Below, piece after piece: positions 1 through 10,786 of a stretch of DNA of 64,000 nt. The stretch is from Ignavibacteriota bacterium (GTDB lineage: Bacteria > Bacteroidota > Ignavibacteria > UBA10030): assembly GCA_003142575.1 (NCBI GenBank), contig PLMS01000093.1:2995-66994 (forward strand). The letters are read 5' to 3'. A program made the position numbers and the translations under genes. The notes below the pieces were generated by a model, which made no database searches, was not told where the DNA came from, and saw only the letters and a program-made list of their open reading frames with translations. How positions within the stretch are numbered: the first letter of the stretch is position 1; the number at the start of each line of letters is the position of its first letter.

Positions 1-360
1 AGCCGGAAGAAGGATTATACCCGTAAGCGTATTATCTGAAAGGTTTGCGTAATAACCCATCTTCGAGGGGTCGAGATTCAAAGCCCAACGGTCAATTGGG
101 TTAATATCATTTCTGTCCAATGTCTGAAAATCTGCATTTGTCAAGGGCGATTTGTGTGTTATCAAAGGTGCCCCAATCAATGTTGCCGGAATTCCCACGA
201 CAAAGATGCCGCCTGTTACCCAGTAATTAACATGGTACGGATGAAATGTAGAATCCCTTTCCTGAGACTGCGAATACATCGGTTTCACCATGCCGATAAC
301 AGCCAACGAAAAGATGATGACCTTAATAAGAATGAATCGATTCTTTGACTTCTTTGTCAA
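1..360 (-). CDS. Partial gene: N-terminal part of a hypothetical secreted protein. Its C-terminus lies beyond the window start. Probable TTG start near 360.
   Basis: A minus-strand ORF runs off the window edge. Its N-terminus is signal-peptide-like (KNRFILIKVIIFSLAVIGMVKPMYSQSQ). It is not in the ORF track because it is incomplete. Confidence 0.35.
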   Translation of the reverse strand, partial: MTKKSKNRFILIKVIIFSLAVIGMVKPMYSQSQERDSTFHPYHVNYWVTGGIFVVGIPATLIGAPLITHKSPLTNADFQTLDRNDINPIDRWALNLDPSKMGYYANLSDNTLTGIILLPA

Positions 361-421
361 GATGATACTTCCTTTCTAAAGAGCAGCCAACCAAATAAGA
401 CAACAAGACCAAAAAAGTAGT

Positions 422-1969
422 TCATTCTTTTTGTTCTTTGAAATTTTCGAAGAGGAATGACAGAAAGACTCTCTGTTCGGTTAATACCTTATGATAATCG
501 CCATAATCACGTGTGTATCGATCACTATAGTACACCTGATGTTCAAATCCAATACTGAGATTGCTGAAAAGTTTGAGTTCAATACGGGGTTTGATAAGAC
601 CGACGTAATGATCCCCTGGAGCTCCCACATACGTATGCATCCAGAAATAATAACCTATAAATACAACGTTTACCCACGATCCAAGCTGAAGAGTGCTTTC
701 AAGTTTTGTTTCCGCTCCTCCTACAAAGTTATAATCCCTGAACTGAGAAGTGTCAGGACCCAATTGTGTACTGTTTGCACCGAATGGTACTACCCCGACA
801 TGGAAATTAGTGTAAAGGTTGGAATTTGAGCTTATCGGCAGTTTAGAGATTATTCCTGGACCAAACGCCATAGTGCCCATTTCGAACGCCCAATTATCGA
901 AGTAGTCCCAATGTTGAAATCCTCCGATGAGCATTTTCAAGCCACCAGACTCGTAATTCTTGCCAAAAAGGATTCCGTATCCTGTGATATAGTCCAATGT
1001 TTTTCTTCCCATTCCTTTCGTAAGATCCATACTCACATTGAAACAATCAAAAGGCTTCCGGGACGTAAATTCAAATGGATTCCCATAATCAAGCATAACG
1101 CTAAGCCATAAGTTTGTAGATCCCGTCAAGAAGCTTAATTCATTATTGACCACCCGCAACCCGCTCGACAACGTTACATTCAGCGGTTCTGTCTGATAGA
1201 CCTCTTCCGAGGTCACTCTGAACAATTTCCCCTCTGTGAACCTGGCCCAGGTTCTCGTGGGAGAAAGAACGGCGGCAGCAAGTTCCCGGCCAAATCGTTC
1301 CCACCCCGTTGTTCGATCATCCAGAACATTCGAGCCCAATCTATAGAATATTTCTCCAAAGAATACTCCGCCAACAGTGGTAGCAAGCAAATCATTACGT
1401 TCAGGTACTCCTGTTTCCCCAAAAATTTTCCACATATAACTGCCAAATAGTACAAATGGAGCCGATTCCCAGAAATTATATCCGTTCGCACGGGCAGCGA
1501 TAAAGAATGTGCCCCCGCCGTAAGGATGCGCGAGGAAGTTCATACCAAACCTGTCGTGATCCCATTCCCAACCTGACCCCCAAGGAAAGCCCGCTTTTAA
1601 ATTACGCCCCCAGGAAGCAAAGCCCACATGAGTAAAATCTTCACCTACGACATAAGTATCAAATAGATTTGTAACAATACAATCTCCAGTAATTGCCACA
1701 ACAGGTCTCCATAAAGTCTGTTTCTGTCTAAATGCAGGGTCGTCATCCCGTAAATCACCGTACGCATTATATAAAGAGGTGTCTCCCACCGAATGTTTTC
1801 CTAGATTCAATCCCAGGTAGGAATAATATCTGGAATCCACCTTGTAGATCTGTTGTTGTTCCCCGATACTTAGATTTGAAATTGATTGTTTATCAACCTT
1901 CGCAAGATACTGTGCTTGAAGTAAGGCTGAACACATTAACGAGATAATCAAGATGTACAGTGTTTTCAT
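422..1969 (-). CDS. Secreted or outer-membrane protein of unknown family. Tandem paralog A.
   Basis: Signal peptide MKTLYILIISLMCSALLQAQ. Shares motifs with the next gene (HPYGGG/HPYTGAG, GYNFWES, PERNDL, GEIFYRLGS/GEVLYRLSS, IKPRIE). Confidence 0.7.
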   Translation of the reverse strand: MKTLYILIISLMCSALLQAQYLAKVDKQSISNLSIGEQQQIYKVDSRYYSYLGLNLGKHSVGDTSLYNAYGDLRDDDPAFRQKQTLWRPVVAITGDCIVTNLFDTYVVGEDFTHVGFASWGRNLKAGFPWGSGWEWDHDRFGMNFLAHPYGGGTFFIAARANGYNFWESAPFVLFGSYMWKIFGETGVPERNDLLATTVGGVFFGEIFYRLGSNVLDDRTTGWERFGRELAAAVLSPTRTWARFTEGKLFRVTSEEVYQTEPLNVTLSSGLRVVNNELSFLTGSTNLWLSVMLDYGNPFEFTSRKPFDCFNVSMDLTKGMGRKTLDYITGYGILFGKNYESGGLKMLIGGFQHWDYFDNWAFEMGTMAFGPGIISKLPISSNSNLYTNFHVGVVPFGANSTQLGPDTSQFRDYNFVGGAETKLESTLQLGSWVNVVFIGYYFWMHTYVGAPGDHYVGLIKPRIELKLFSNLSIGFEHQVYYSDRYTRDYGDYHKVLTEQRVFLSFLFENFKEQKE

Positions 1970-2018
1970 TGTTTTCCGCTTACATTGCCGTGGCTTCATC
2001 GGTCATTTGCCATTGAGT

Positions 2019-3635
2019 TTACTTATTGTGCGCAAAGTCCGCAAAATAAAATGTCAGAAAAAGTCTCTGTTGCGTGTATACCTTGTTCACCCCGGGGAAA
2101 TCACGTAAATATAAGTTTTCGTAAATAATCTCATCTTCAAATCCAATCCCGACATTACTGAAGAGGTGGAATTCAATTCTCGGTTTAATGATACCCATAT
2201 AATTGTTCCCTGAGGGACCGACGTAAGTACTGATCCAATAATAATAGCTCAACAAGGTTGCGCTGAAAATATCGCCAACCTTCAACGTGATATCGCACTT
2301 TGTTTGGGCTCCACCGCTAAAATTATAATCTCTTCCCTCCGATGTATCCGTTATGACCTGGGTTGAGTTGCCCGCAAAAGGTATTACAGCCAAATGAAAA
2401 TCTATAAACAGATTCGTCCCCTTACCGAGCGGCACCATCGTAATGACAACGCCCCCGAACGACATCGTGCTCAGTTCGAAAGCTTTATTATCCCAATACT
2501 CAAAACCTTGAGTTAGTCCGATGAGCATCGGGGCATCCCCCACTTTAACATTTGTACCCGTGAGAATACCGTACCCAACGATATTATCGACCCATTTTCT
2601 GCCTAGTCCGAAATTCATATCGGCCCGAAGTCGAAAGTAGTCGTATGGCTTCCGATCTCTTTCCTCGAACGGTTTTCCATAATCAAAATCAGCGTTCATA
2701 CTAAATCCGACTGGTCCTGTGCCAAATGATTTTACATCATTAACTATGATGCCGCCGGCCGATATAACAACATCAGTCGGTTCTTTTTGGTATACCTCTT
2801 CCGTATTATGCGCGAACATTTTCCCGTTCATGAATCTGGTGAATGCCCTGCCGGGACTCAAAAGAAGGGCCAGGAACTCCCTGCCGTACCTTTCTGCTCC
2901 GACGGTTCTCTCATCGAGAGCAATTGATGAGAGTCTGTACAGAACTTCACCGGCGAACATGCCGCCGAGAGTTGTAGCAATCAGATCATTCCTCTCCGGT
3001 TTTCCATCGGGCCAGCCATTCTCTCCGAAAAGTTTATACGTATATGCTCCTCCAAATACAAATATCGACGATTCCCAAAAGTTATATCCGCTCGCGCGTG
3101 CCGAATTGAAGTAGCCCGCGCCCGTATACGGGTGCAGGAAGAAGTTATTGCCGAATCTATCGTTGTCCCATTTCCATCCATTACCCCATGGGAAACCGGA
3201 TTTAATGGCAGTGCGATTCCAGGAATTGAATCCCACTACCGCCCAATTATAACCAATAACATAATGATCGACCAAGTTGACGAGCGTATTTTGTGCCAAG
3301 ACCTTCATAATCGGCTGCCACAATGGAGCCCTTTTGTTATAGATTGGGTCATCATTGAGCAAACCCCGGTACTCGTTATAAACGTGAGCAGTCGAGTCTT
3401 GAACTAGAATTTTCTTATAGGTCGTATCCGTAGCGACAACATTCGTCTTTACATTGGTTTCCTCAATATGCTGTTTGGTCGCATCCGGAATCGGAGTGTA
3501 TTTCTTAACTTCGTTCGTGTCCTGAAGAGCATCCTTTAACTTGGCCAGCGTATCCAGCTTTACAAGAGACTGTGCCTGAAGTAATCCTGAACACCATAAC
3601 GAGATCATCAAAATGCATAGTATAAAGTTTTTCAT
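2019..3635 (-). CDS. Secreted or outer-membrane protein of unknown family. Tandem paralog B.
   Basis: Signal peptide MKNFILCILMISLWCSGLLQAQS. Collinear motif conservation with 422..1969. Confidence 0.7.
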   Translation of the reverse strand: MKNFILCILMISLWCSGLLQAQSLVKLDTLAKLKDALQDTNEVKKYTPIPDATKQHIEETNVKTNVVATDTTYKKILVQDSTAHVYNEYRGLLNDDPIYNKRAPLWQPIMKVLAQNTLVNLVDHYVIGYNWAVVGFNSWNRTAIKSGFPWGNGWKWDNDRFGNNFFLHPYTGAGYFNSARASGYNFWESSIFVFGGAYTYKLFGENGWPDGKPERNDLIATTLGGMFAGEVLYRLSSIALDERTVGAERYGREFLALLLSPGRAFTRFMNGKMFAHNTEEVYQKEPTDVVISAGGIIVNDVKSFGTGPVGFSMNADFDYGKPFEERDRKPYDYFRLRADMNFGLGRKWVDNIVGYGILTGTNVKVGDAPMLIGLTQGFEYWDNKAFELSTMSFGGVVITMVPLGKGTNLFIDFHLAVIPFAGNSTQVITDTSEGRDYNFSGGAQTKCDITLKVGDIFSATLLSYYYWISTYVGPSGNNYMGIIKPRIEFHLFSNVGIGFEDEIIYENLYLRDFPGVNKVYTQQRLFLTFYFADFAHNK

Positions 3636-3786
3636 TGTATTCCTCTTTGCATCGTCTATACTTCGTCGGCGTAATGCCATATGTCGGTTCACTTTCAGTC
3701 CCCGCATCTTTTATCTAAAATAGTTGACAAGAGAACAACCTGGTATTTGGTCGTTCTCCTGTCGATTAAAAACGTCGTCATCGCTG

Positions 3787-4206
3787 TTAATCGTTATCCG
3801 TAAATAAATCCTTCATTGTTTTTCCGACCGCATCCATATCATGATTGAAGTTCGCCTTAAACTCTTGCCATTTGCTTTCTCCCTCGTCTTTATAATCTTC
3901 TAACTTCTCTTTGAGGGCGTGATTTTTTTCCTTCAACTCCGCTACTGCTTTTTTATAATTCGCTTTAGCCTTGTGACCGGCCTTATCCATCTTTGCCTTG
4001 AATGCATCGATCCTGTCTTCATTCGCCTTGATTTGCGCTTCAGACTCGGTCTTAAATTTTTGCCATTCTGCAACGTAATCGGCTTTCGCCTCCTTCAGCT
4101 CTTGATTGGCTTCCGCAACTTTCTGTTCTGCTTTTTTTTCACAGCCCGCTAAAAATATTCCTGCCATACATCCTATGACAGTGAAGGTGAATATTTTATT
4201 TTTCAT
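3787..4206 (-). CDS. Small coiled-coil lipoprotein.
   Basis: Lipobox LAGC after a signal peptide. Charged, K/E-rich coiled-coil body. Confidence 0.55.
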   Translation of the reverse strand: MKNKIFTFTVIGCMAGIFLAGCEKKAEQKVAEANQELKEAKADYVAEWQKFKTESEAQIKANEDRIDAFKAKMDKAGHKAKANYKKAVAELKEKNHALKEKLEDYKDEGESKWQEFKANFNHDMDAVGKTMKDLFTDND

Positions 4207-4460
4207 AATTCTCCTCTTATTTGATGGGTTCAAGTAATTTGTGATTTACTCGCATATTGTTGCCTTCTTTGCTTCGATGGTGAACGTTCCTTTCTTCTGA
4301 AAAGATGCAGAAAGGTTGTCCAACCCCACCATTCAAGGAGAAATACTTCTCTCCTGAGGGTGAAAGAGCTTATAGATAATTTTGTTAATCGAGAATAGCC
4401 CTAAAGGATGAAAAAGTAATTAATCCTTTTTGGGCGAAGGAAGTAGACTTCACAGAACAT

Positions 4461-4494
4461 AGAAAAACAGTGAATCGTGACATGGTCATTCACT
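4461..4494 (-). terminator. Rho-independent terminator closing the 7-gene operon after ampG.
   Basis: Read on the minus strand, a hairpin agtgaatgaccatgtcacgattcact is followed by gtttttct. Confidence 0.5.
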
Positions 4495-4558
4495 ACAATG
4501 GAAGTCTTAAGGAAATGCTTGTCGAGGAAAACTGCATTCGGCTCTGTGATGATATTCT

Positions 4559-5953
4559 TTAAACTTCTGCTCTTTTCTTCCCGAACTCCGGATCGATCTT
4601 CACCAACGCCGCAACAATAAATCCCGGAATGGTCGAAATCATGACCCAGAGGAAAAAATGCTGGTAGCCGATGAGCTCTTGAATCTTCCCGCTGACCATT
4701 CCCGGCAGCATCATGCCCAGCGCCATAATGCCCGTGCAGATAGCATAATGTGCTGTCTTGTGTTCGCCTTGTGAAACGTAAATCATATACATCGTGTAGG
4801 CCGTGAAACCAAATCCGTAACCAAATTGTTCGAGTGCTACTGCGCTATTAATAAGCAAAATATTTATTGGCTGGGACTGCGAAAGATACACGAACATCAA
4901 ATCCGGTGTGTGCATGATAATGACCATCGGCCAGAGCCACCTGCGGAGACCTTTTTTCGAGATGACATAACCGCCAAGCAATCCTCCGGCTGTTAAGGCC
5001 ATAATGCCGACGGTTCCATAAACGATTCCGACTTCGCTAGTGCTTAAGCCAAGCCCGCCTTTCTCACGCACATCAAGCAGAAACGGTGAAACAAGTTTGA
5101 CCAACTGTGCTTCTGCAAAGCGATAGAAAAGCAAAAATAAAAGAATCACCCAGATATTTTTTCGTTTAAAGAAGAGAACGAACGTTCGAGCAAACTCAGC
5201 GATAATAACATTCGATTGCATTTTGAAGTTGAAAAACGACATTCCCTTTCTCCCCTCCTTAATAAGGAGGGGATATGGGGTGGTCATATTTTTTCCATAG
5301 TTTATTCTGGTATGGATATTTGAAGATTTTGAGATTTGCAGTGTCGATGTGTCCGATGCCGGATATGGCAGCATGAAGCGATGGTACAGAAAGAGAACAA
5401 GAAAGAACGCCGCGATCACATAAAATGTGATCGACCAAGCATGTGGGATGCCGATTTTCGGCTCAAGTGTTCCTGCTACTACAACCAAAGTACCCTGACC
5501 TGTAATCATTGCGATTCGGTAGAACGTGCTGCGTATTCCGATAAACGCAGCTTGATTCGACTCATCAAGACCGAGCAAATAAAATCCATCCGCGGCTATA
5601 TCATGGGTCGCAGAGCTGAAAGCCATCAACCAAAAGACAGCGATGGTGTATTGGAAGAAATTCGGCGCAGGGATGGTGAGAGCAATACCAGCCAATGCCG
5701 CCCCGATGAATAATTGCATCGTCACCGCCCAGAAACGTTTTGTCTTGAAGATATCGACAAAAGGGCTCCAGAGCGGCTTGATCACCCAGGGCAAGTAGAG
5801 CCAGCTTGTATACAGTGCGATATCCGTGTTGGAGATGCCAAATTTCTTATACATAATAACAGAGACCGTCATGACCATCACATACGGAATTCCTTCTGCA
5901 AAATACAGCGATGGTACCCAAGCCCATGGATTTCTGCTGTTTGGTTTATTCAT
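4559..5953 (-). CDS. ampG: AmpG-family muropeptide permease (MFS).
   Basis: WLYLPWVIKPLWSPFVD motif typical of AmpG, with 12+ TM segments. A central loop insertion is present. Confidence 0.8.
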   Translation of the reverse strand: MNKPNSRNPWAWVPSLYFAEGIPYVMVMTVSVIMYKKFGISNTDIALYTSWLYLPWVIKPLWSPFVDIFKTKRFWAVTMQLFIGAALAGIALTIPAPNFFQYTIAVFWLMAFSSATHDIAADGFYLLGLDESNQAAFIGIRSTFYRIAMITGQGTLVVVAGTLEPKIGIPHAWSITFYVIAAFFLVLFLYHRFMLPYPASDTSTLQISKSSNIHTRINYGKNMTTPYPLLIKEGRKGMSFFNFKMQSNVIIAEFARTFVLFFKRKNIWVILLFLLFYRFAEAQLVKLVSPFLLDVREKGGLGLSTSEVGIVYGTVGIMALTAGGLLGGYVISKKGLRRWLWPMVIIMHTPDLMFVYLSQSQPINILLINSAVALEQFGYGFGFTAYTMYMIYVSQGEHKTAHYAICTGIMALGMMLPGMVSGKIQELIGYQHFFLWVMISTIPGFIVAALVKIDPEFGKKRAEV

Positions 5954-5959
5954 TCAGTC

Positions 5960-6358
5960 TCACTTCTCTATGAGATACGGAATATATTTTTTATCGACTG
6001 TCATGATGTGTTTGGTAAACCACGTGGATATAAATAGCAGAAGTTTCAATCTGGCTAAATCATCGGTTCCATCTGCAAGTGTATCGAGTTTTTGGAGTTC
6101 TTTTCGAAATTCTGCATGTTCATGTATATGTGCTCTGGCATCCGGATAATTGATTTTCAGAAACAAGTTCTCTTCTGTCTTAAAATGAGTGACAGCATAT
6201 TCCTGCAATTTCTTTAAATCCGCAGCAATCGTTTTCGATTTTCCATTATTTTCGATCACGCTTTTTAAATTATTATTCAGAAGAGAAAATAATTGCCGAT
6301 GATGATCATCGAGCTCTTTCACCCCAACACTGTATTCTTCTGTCCATGTGAGCGCCAT
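5960..6358 (-). CDS. Bacteriohemerythrin.
   Basis: W..EYSVGV.ELDDHHR ... HF..EE ... HIHEH ... WF.KHI..VDKKY hemerythrin ligand pattern. Confidence 0.85.
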   Translation of the reverse strand: MALTWTEEYSVGVKELDDHHRQLFSLLNNNLKSVIENNGKSKTIAADLKKLQEYAVTHFKTEENLFLKINYPDARAHIHEHAEFRKELQKLDTLADGTDDLARLKLLLFISTWFTKHIMTVDKKYIPYLIEK

Positions 6359-6384
6359 ACAGACCTTCTTATCTTTAAGTTGTG

Positions 6385-7719
6385 TTAATATAGTTTTCTG
6401 AGGTCACTCTTGCGGAAATAATGCTTCACTATTTCTTCCGCTTTACACCCTTTTGCTGCCATGACCGCAGCACCGATCTGACATAATCCGACACCATGCC
6501 CCCATCCGGCGCCAAACAATGTAAACTTCGCCGGTATTCCTTTCGCATCCCGCTCAGTCTTTACGATGAATGCACTCGAGTAGAGGTGCGATCTGGAAAA
6601 CCAGCGGCGGATTTCCAATTCTTTTCCAACGATGATCGTTCGGTTGCTTCCAACCACCTTCAACTTGTATATGCGTCCGGATGGTCCGCGTGAGAGCGGA
6701 ACAATATCCATGAGCATTCCAAAATCAATTTCTGATTTTGTATGAAGAATATGTACGAGCTGTTCTTGTGTATATTCAACCTTCCATCGGAAGAAATCTG
6801 TCGTCTCTTGATCGAATGATGGAAGAACTTGCTTGAGAATTTTTCCATCCGAAGTATTGCAATAAGCATCCGGAGAAGAGAGGATCCAGCGTTCTGCGTC
6901 TGCTTCGTTCAGCAATTGTGGATGAGCTTGAGCAGAATCGGAAACAGATTGGAGATATGGCATCGGCGTGTCTTCCCAAGTGTGTTCGAACAATTCTGTC
7001 CTGCCGCCGCATGCTTTGGAAAAACGTGCATCGCATATTTCATTATTATACATGATACATTGGCCCCGCGTTGCCAAGACCGCTTCTTCGGCCGACTTTG
7101 AAGTCACTTTCGTTATCCCTTGATACCTCTGGCAATGATCACCTGCACACACATCGAAGTGTGCATGATCCTCGCGGTCGTACCATCGCAGTATTTCATC
7201 CTTCGTCCCTTGGGATCGCTGAGAGGGCATACGTATGTTCTTAAACTTCTTTTGCCGTTCCAACATCGCCACTAACCAACTCCTTGATGTAACGGCATGC
7301 GCCTTGAGAAACTCACCAGGTGCTTCTGCACTCATTTCGGAAGAAATGACACTCTGGAGATATTGTTCAACACCAATCTCATTGATTGCTAAGATCGTTC
7401 CATGAGCATTGGCAAGAAAGCACAGATTGCCTTCGAATGTTTGATCTTCTTTTCGCTCCCAGTGAAAGTTCATACCGATGGTAACATTGCACAGTGTGCA
7501 TATCGCTCCGTTCAACGCGAGACAACGAAATTCCGGGCCGCGAATAACTTCCACCCCTTCGCTATCTTTCAATACGAGTGTGCTGCTTTCACCATGTACC
7601 GTGAATCGACCTTGGAGACGCACAAAGTTCGGCAGTTCATAAGAACCATGGAACTCACCGTGAATTTCTTGTGTGCGCTCGATAATTCCCACGGCTATGA
7701 TTGGTTCTGCCGAGATCAC
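6385..7719 (-). CDS. SpoIID/LytB domain protein (lytic transglycosylase / amidase enhancer family).
   Basis: C-terminal FGAGWGHGVGLCQIGAAVMAAKG matches the SpoIID signature. Confidence 0.8.
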   Translation of the reverse strand: MISAEPIIAVGIIERTQEIHGEFHGSYELPNFVRLQGRFTVHGESSTLVLKDSEGVEVIRGPEFRCLALNGAICTLCNVTIGMNFHWERKEDQTFEGNLCFLANAHGTILAINEIGVEQYLQSVISSEMSAEAPGEFLKAHAVTSRSWLVAMLERQKKFKNIRMPSQRSQGTKDEILRWYDREDHAHFDVCAGDHCQRYQGITKVTSKSAEEAVLATRGQCIMYNNEICDARFSKACGGRTELFEHTWEDTPMPYLQSVSDSAQAHPQLLNEADAERWILSSPDAYCNTSDGKILKQVLPSFDQETTDFFRWKVEYTQEQLVHILHTKSEIDFGMLMDIVPLSRGPSGRIYKLKVVGSNRTIIVGKELEIRRWFSRSHLYSSAFIVKTERDAKGIPAKFTLFGAGWGHGVGLCQIGAAVMAAKGCKAEEIVKHYFRKSDLRKLY

Positions 7720-8723
7720 TGCAGCTTCTCTAATATTCGTTCTATAAGTTCCGGCGGTTCGGTTACCTCAGCAAATATACTTTCAATAAGCTTTGCATCC
7801 GCGCGTAAGAAATCTTTCTCTAACGGTGTCACAACAAGACCGCCGATATCGACAGCAGCAGGACTGATAAGAACACGATCATCACCTCCGATAAAATATT
7901 TATCAGGCCGATGCTTGCGCCTCGGTACGATGATCAGTCTCCATAATTCCTCCTGATAGGAACACAGAATATTCATTTTCGGTTCTTCCGCAGAACCGAG
8001 AACCTTTTTCCATATTTCCAAAATGTTTTTCAGGAACTCGAGCAGCCGAAGCTCATCTGTGGATTCCACAACGAGCGCCGTACGACCATAATTCACCAAG
8101 ACACAACCCGCGACATGGTCTTTATAATACAACCGCTTTCGTCGCCGCATATCAACGGCATCGCATTCGATAGGAAGAGCACGCCGCGGGCTCATTTGAA
8201 AATGGAAATGATCCGGCGCCGATGCGCCGCTCTTCGGTCCGTTATAAAACACAGTAAAATCCGGACTTAGGTCTCTCGTCAGATTAAGTAAGACACCAAA
8301 AGAAGATTCCAATTCCTGCGGTATGTGGTGAATACTGGAAAAAGTCAAGTGCCGAGCAAAGATCGGTACCGGATTGCAGAGCAGCAAAAATTTATCTTGA
8401 AAAAGAATTCCTTTCTGCGGTTCAGGAAGATTCTCAAGACAAAGAAAACACTTGCGCTCCTGAATTGCTTTCGGATCGAGGTCTGCTCCTGTGCTGCGGA
8501 TACGTTTTGGATTGAATTGCACGAAGACAGTATAGTTGCTGCAGACAATTTCACGAACCCGAACCGATTCCAACGCCGCATATCCTTCGGTCAACTGCGG
8601 CCAGTGAAGTTTTTGCTGTTCCATAAGGTTCTGGCAGAGCTGTACGAGAGCACCATGAGTACTTGTCGAGTTGAAAACGGCGAAAGTTTTTTGCGCAAGA
8701 AGAGAATTGTTCGAAGAATTCAC
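7716..8723 (-). CDS. HIT-superfamily, GalT/GDP-sugar-phosphorylase-like protein (DUF4922-like).
   Basis: The APDHFHFQMSP motif is an H-phi-H-phi-Q variant of the HIT motif, as in GDP-glucose / GDP-galactose phosphorylases. The gene overlaps the neighbouring SpoIID gene by 4 nt. Confidence 0.5.
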   Translation of the reverse strand: MNSSNNSLLAQKTFAVFNSTSTHGALVQLCQNLMEQQKLHWPQLTEGYAALESVRVREIVCSNYTVFVQFNPKRIRSTGADLDPKAIQERKCFLCLENLPEPQKGILFQDKFLLLCNPVPIFARHLTFSSIHHIPQELESSFGVLLNLTRDLSPDFTVFYNGPKSGASAPDHFHFQMSPRRALPIECDAVDMRRRKRLYYKDHVAGCVLVNYGRTALVVESTDELRLLEFLKNILEIWKKVLGSAEEPKMNILCSYQEELWRLIIVPRRKHRPDKYFIGGDDRVLISPAAVDIGGLVVTPLEKDFLRADAKLIESIFAEVTEPPELIERILEKLQ

Positions 8724-8740
8724 GATTTGCCGCTTGTCGT

Positions 8741-9271
8741 TTAGTATTTCTTTTCACTCAGTTGAAAAATATCAGCGACAGGAACAAAGCCGATATAGTG
8801 TTCCACCGTTGTCTTCCCCAGCGTAAACGGTGTTTTCTCTAGAATCTGATATCCCATATTTTGATACCATAACAATGCCGCTGTATTATCCACCATCACT
8901 CCAAGCCAGACACGATCAAGGTCGTATGTCTTTGCATGGTCAGCTGCGAATGCCATCAGCTGTTTTCCAAGTCCCAATCCTTGATACCGTGGTAGAATGT
9001 ACAGTTGCTGAACATAGAGCCGCTTCTCTTCTCGATTATAGAATGTCTTTTCATATCCAGCTATCGCACCGTCAACTTCAGCAACGAATCCGACAACATT
9101 CTGATCGTCAACGAACGATCGTAATATATCTCCGTTATAATGTTCTTTCAAATAATCCAGGATGTCCTCACGAGGAATGAACTCGGCATACGTATCCAGC
9201 CACGTATCGTGCAGCAATTGACGAATGCTTTCGACATCCTTCAAATCCCAACGACGATAACTGATTCTCAC
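8741..9271 (-). CDS. GNAT family N-acetyltransferase.
   Basis: Acetyl-CoA binding motif QQLYILPRYQGLGLGKQLM. Confidence 0.85.
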   Translation of the reverse strand: MRISYRRWDLKDVESIRQLLHDTWLDTYAEFIPREDILDYLKEHYNGDILRSFVDDQNVVGFVAEVDGAIAGYEKTFYNREEKRLYVQQLYILPRYQGLGLGKQLMAFAADHAKTYDLDRVWLGVMVDNTAALLWYQNMGYQILEKTPFTLGKTTVEHYIGFVPVADIFQLSEKKY

Positions 9272-10743
9272 TTTTTCTTCCCGTTATGGTGACAGCGAGC
9301 GAGAATTTCCATGGTTCGGACCTTGTCCTTGTACTCGTCATGCTGATTCACTTTTTCTATTGATAACGCTGCATCAGAATTGCCATCCCAGCGTCGGCAG
9401 AGATAGAGTGGCTCGTAAATTCTTCCAATTTGGTATTGACGTGATAATCGGAGCACGATATCATAATCTTCGCCATAACTAACATTAGGAAATCCGCCGG
9501 CTTCTCGGAGTAAAGCAGTGTTGAATGCACGCGGAGCACCGAGTCCGTTGATGCGAAGCGCATTGTTTCTACCATTTGCCGGAGTCCACTCCCGGTGATC
9601 GATAATGCCGGGAGGAAGCTCTTCCAATTTCATATTCACTAATTTGTACGAACCGATCACCATCGCATAATTATGACGGTGAAATTCGTCTACAATCTTT
9701 TGAAGTACATGCGGCCCGTTATACATATCATCGGAATCGAGTTGGACTGCATAACGGCCACAGTATTCGGAGAAGATCGCTTCATTCCAGCATCCGCCAA
9801 TGCCGAGATCGGTGCGCTGCGGAATAAGAAGCTTCACCTGCTGATGCCCCTTAGCAAGTTCCCGCAGCAGGTATGTTGTTCCGTCTGTTGAGTAGTTATC
9901 AACTACGATACAGTTGAAGGGAAAATCGGTCTTCTGTTCCAGCACGCTCTTCACTGCATCACCGACTATATTCAAACGATTATAGGCAGGAATAATAACG
10001 CTTGCTTCCATAGGAAACGGGGAATCGACCTTCGGCACTTTCTCAAATTTCGGTTCGAGATACGCATCAATATGTTTGAGATACTTCGTTACTACTTTTT
10101 CCATTTCCTTTTGCACCTGCCGATTACTCGGATCAACGTAATCAAATTGCTTCTCACCGTTCTTACAAGGATCAGAACTGACTTTCGTAGATAGGAACTC
10201 TTGAATATGAAAGAGTCGATGGTCGATTGAAACCTTTAAACGAAGATCATACAATCCGGCATATTCCACGTTCTCAATTCTGCCGTATTTTTTGAGTGCC
10301 TTCTTCACAGCAGCAGTTGAAAAGAGAAGAAGCGGTCCGAAATCAAATCCATCACGAATACTGCCGAGCTGATACTCGTTCACCGGATGTTCATCACGTT
10401 CATCTTTACGAATCTCATAGTAATCAGCGTACACCATCCCTGCTTGAGTTTGTTCCGCAACACCGAGCATTCGTTCCAGTGCATTCTGCCCAAGTTCAAT
10501 TCTTTGTGCTTGAACGACCATCAAGAAATACTTTGTTTTGATTTTTTCGATCAAACGGTTGAGTGTTTCACCGGACGTGAATGAACCGGACTTCATGGTT
10601 TCACATTTCAGATGCGAACCGACATACTCTTTGTCATGAACGATCCACACCTGTTCCACCAGTGACGAATCGATAAAGCGGTTGAGAGTTGTTTCAAACT
10701 GTGAAACCGGCGAATGTGGTAAGATCACTGTCAGGGTATTCAT
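9268..10743 (-). CDS. Family 2 glycosyltransferase with an extra N-terminal, possibly degenerate, GT-like domain.
   Basis: SVIIPAYNRLNIVGDAVKSVLEQ ... CIVVDNYSTDGT is a GT2 signature. The N-terminal 230 aa have a similar beta-alpha pattern. Confidence 0.8.
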   Translation of the reverse strand: MNTLTVILPHSPVSQFETTLNRFIDSSLVEQVWIVHDKEYVGSHLKCETMKSGSFTSGETLNRLIEKIKTKYFLMVVQAQRIELGQNALERMLGVAEQTQAGMVYADYYEIRKDERDEHPVNEYQLGSIRDGFDFGPLLLFSTAAVKKALKKYGRIENVEYAGLYDLRLKVSIDHRLFHIQEFLSTKVSSDPCKNGEKQFDYVDPSNRQVQKEMEKVVTKYLKHIDAYLEPKFEKVPKVDSPFPMEASVIIPAYNRLNIVGDAVKSVLEQKTDFPFNCIVVDNYSTDGTTYLLRELAKGHQQVKLLIPQRTDLGIGGCWNEAIFSEYCGRYAVQLDSDDMYNGPHVLQKIVDEFHRHNYAMVIGSYKLVNMKLEELPPGIIDHREWTPANGRNNALRINGLGAPRAFNTALLREAGGFPNVSYGEDYDIVLRLSRQYQIGRIYEPLYLCRRWDGNSDAALSIEKVNQHDEYKDKVRTMEILARCHHNGKKK

Positions 10744-10786
10744 TATTCTCGATTGGAAAGAAAAACAGATTCTCTTTCGTATTGGT

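Noticed and set aside
154-348. 64-aa plus-strand ORF at the window start.
   Set aside because: It overlaps antisense with a longer minus-strand partial ORF that has a good signal peptide, so it is likely spurious.
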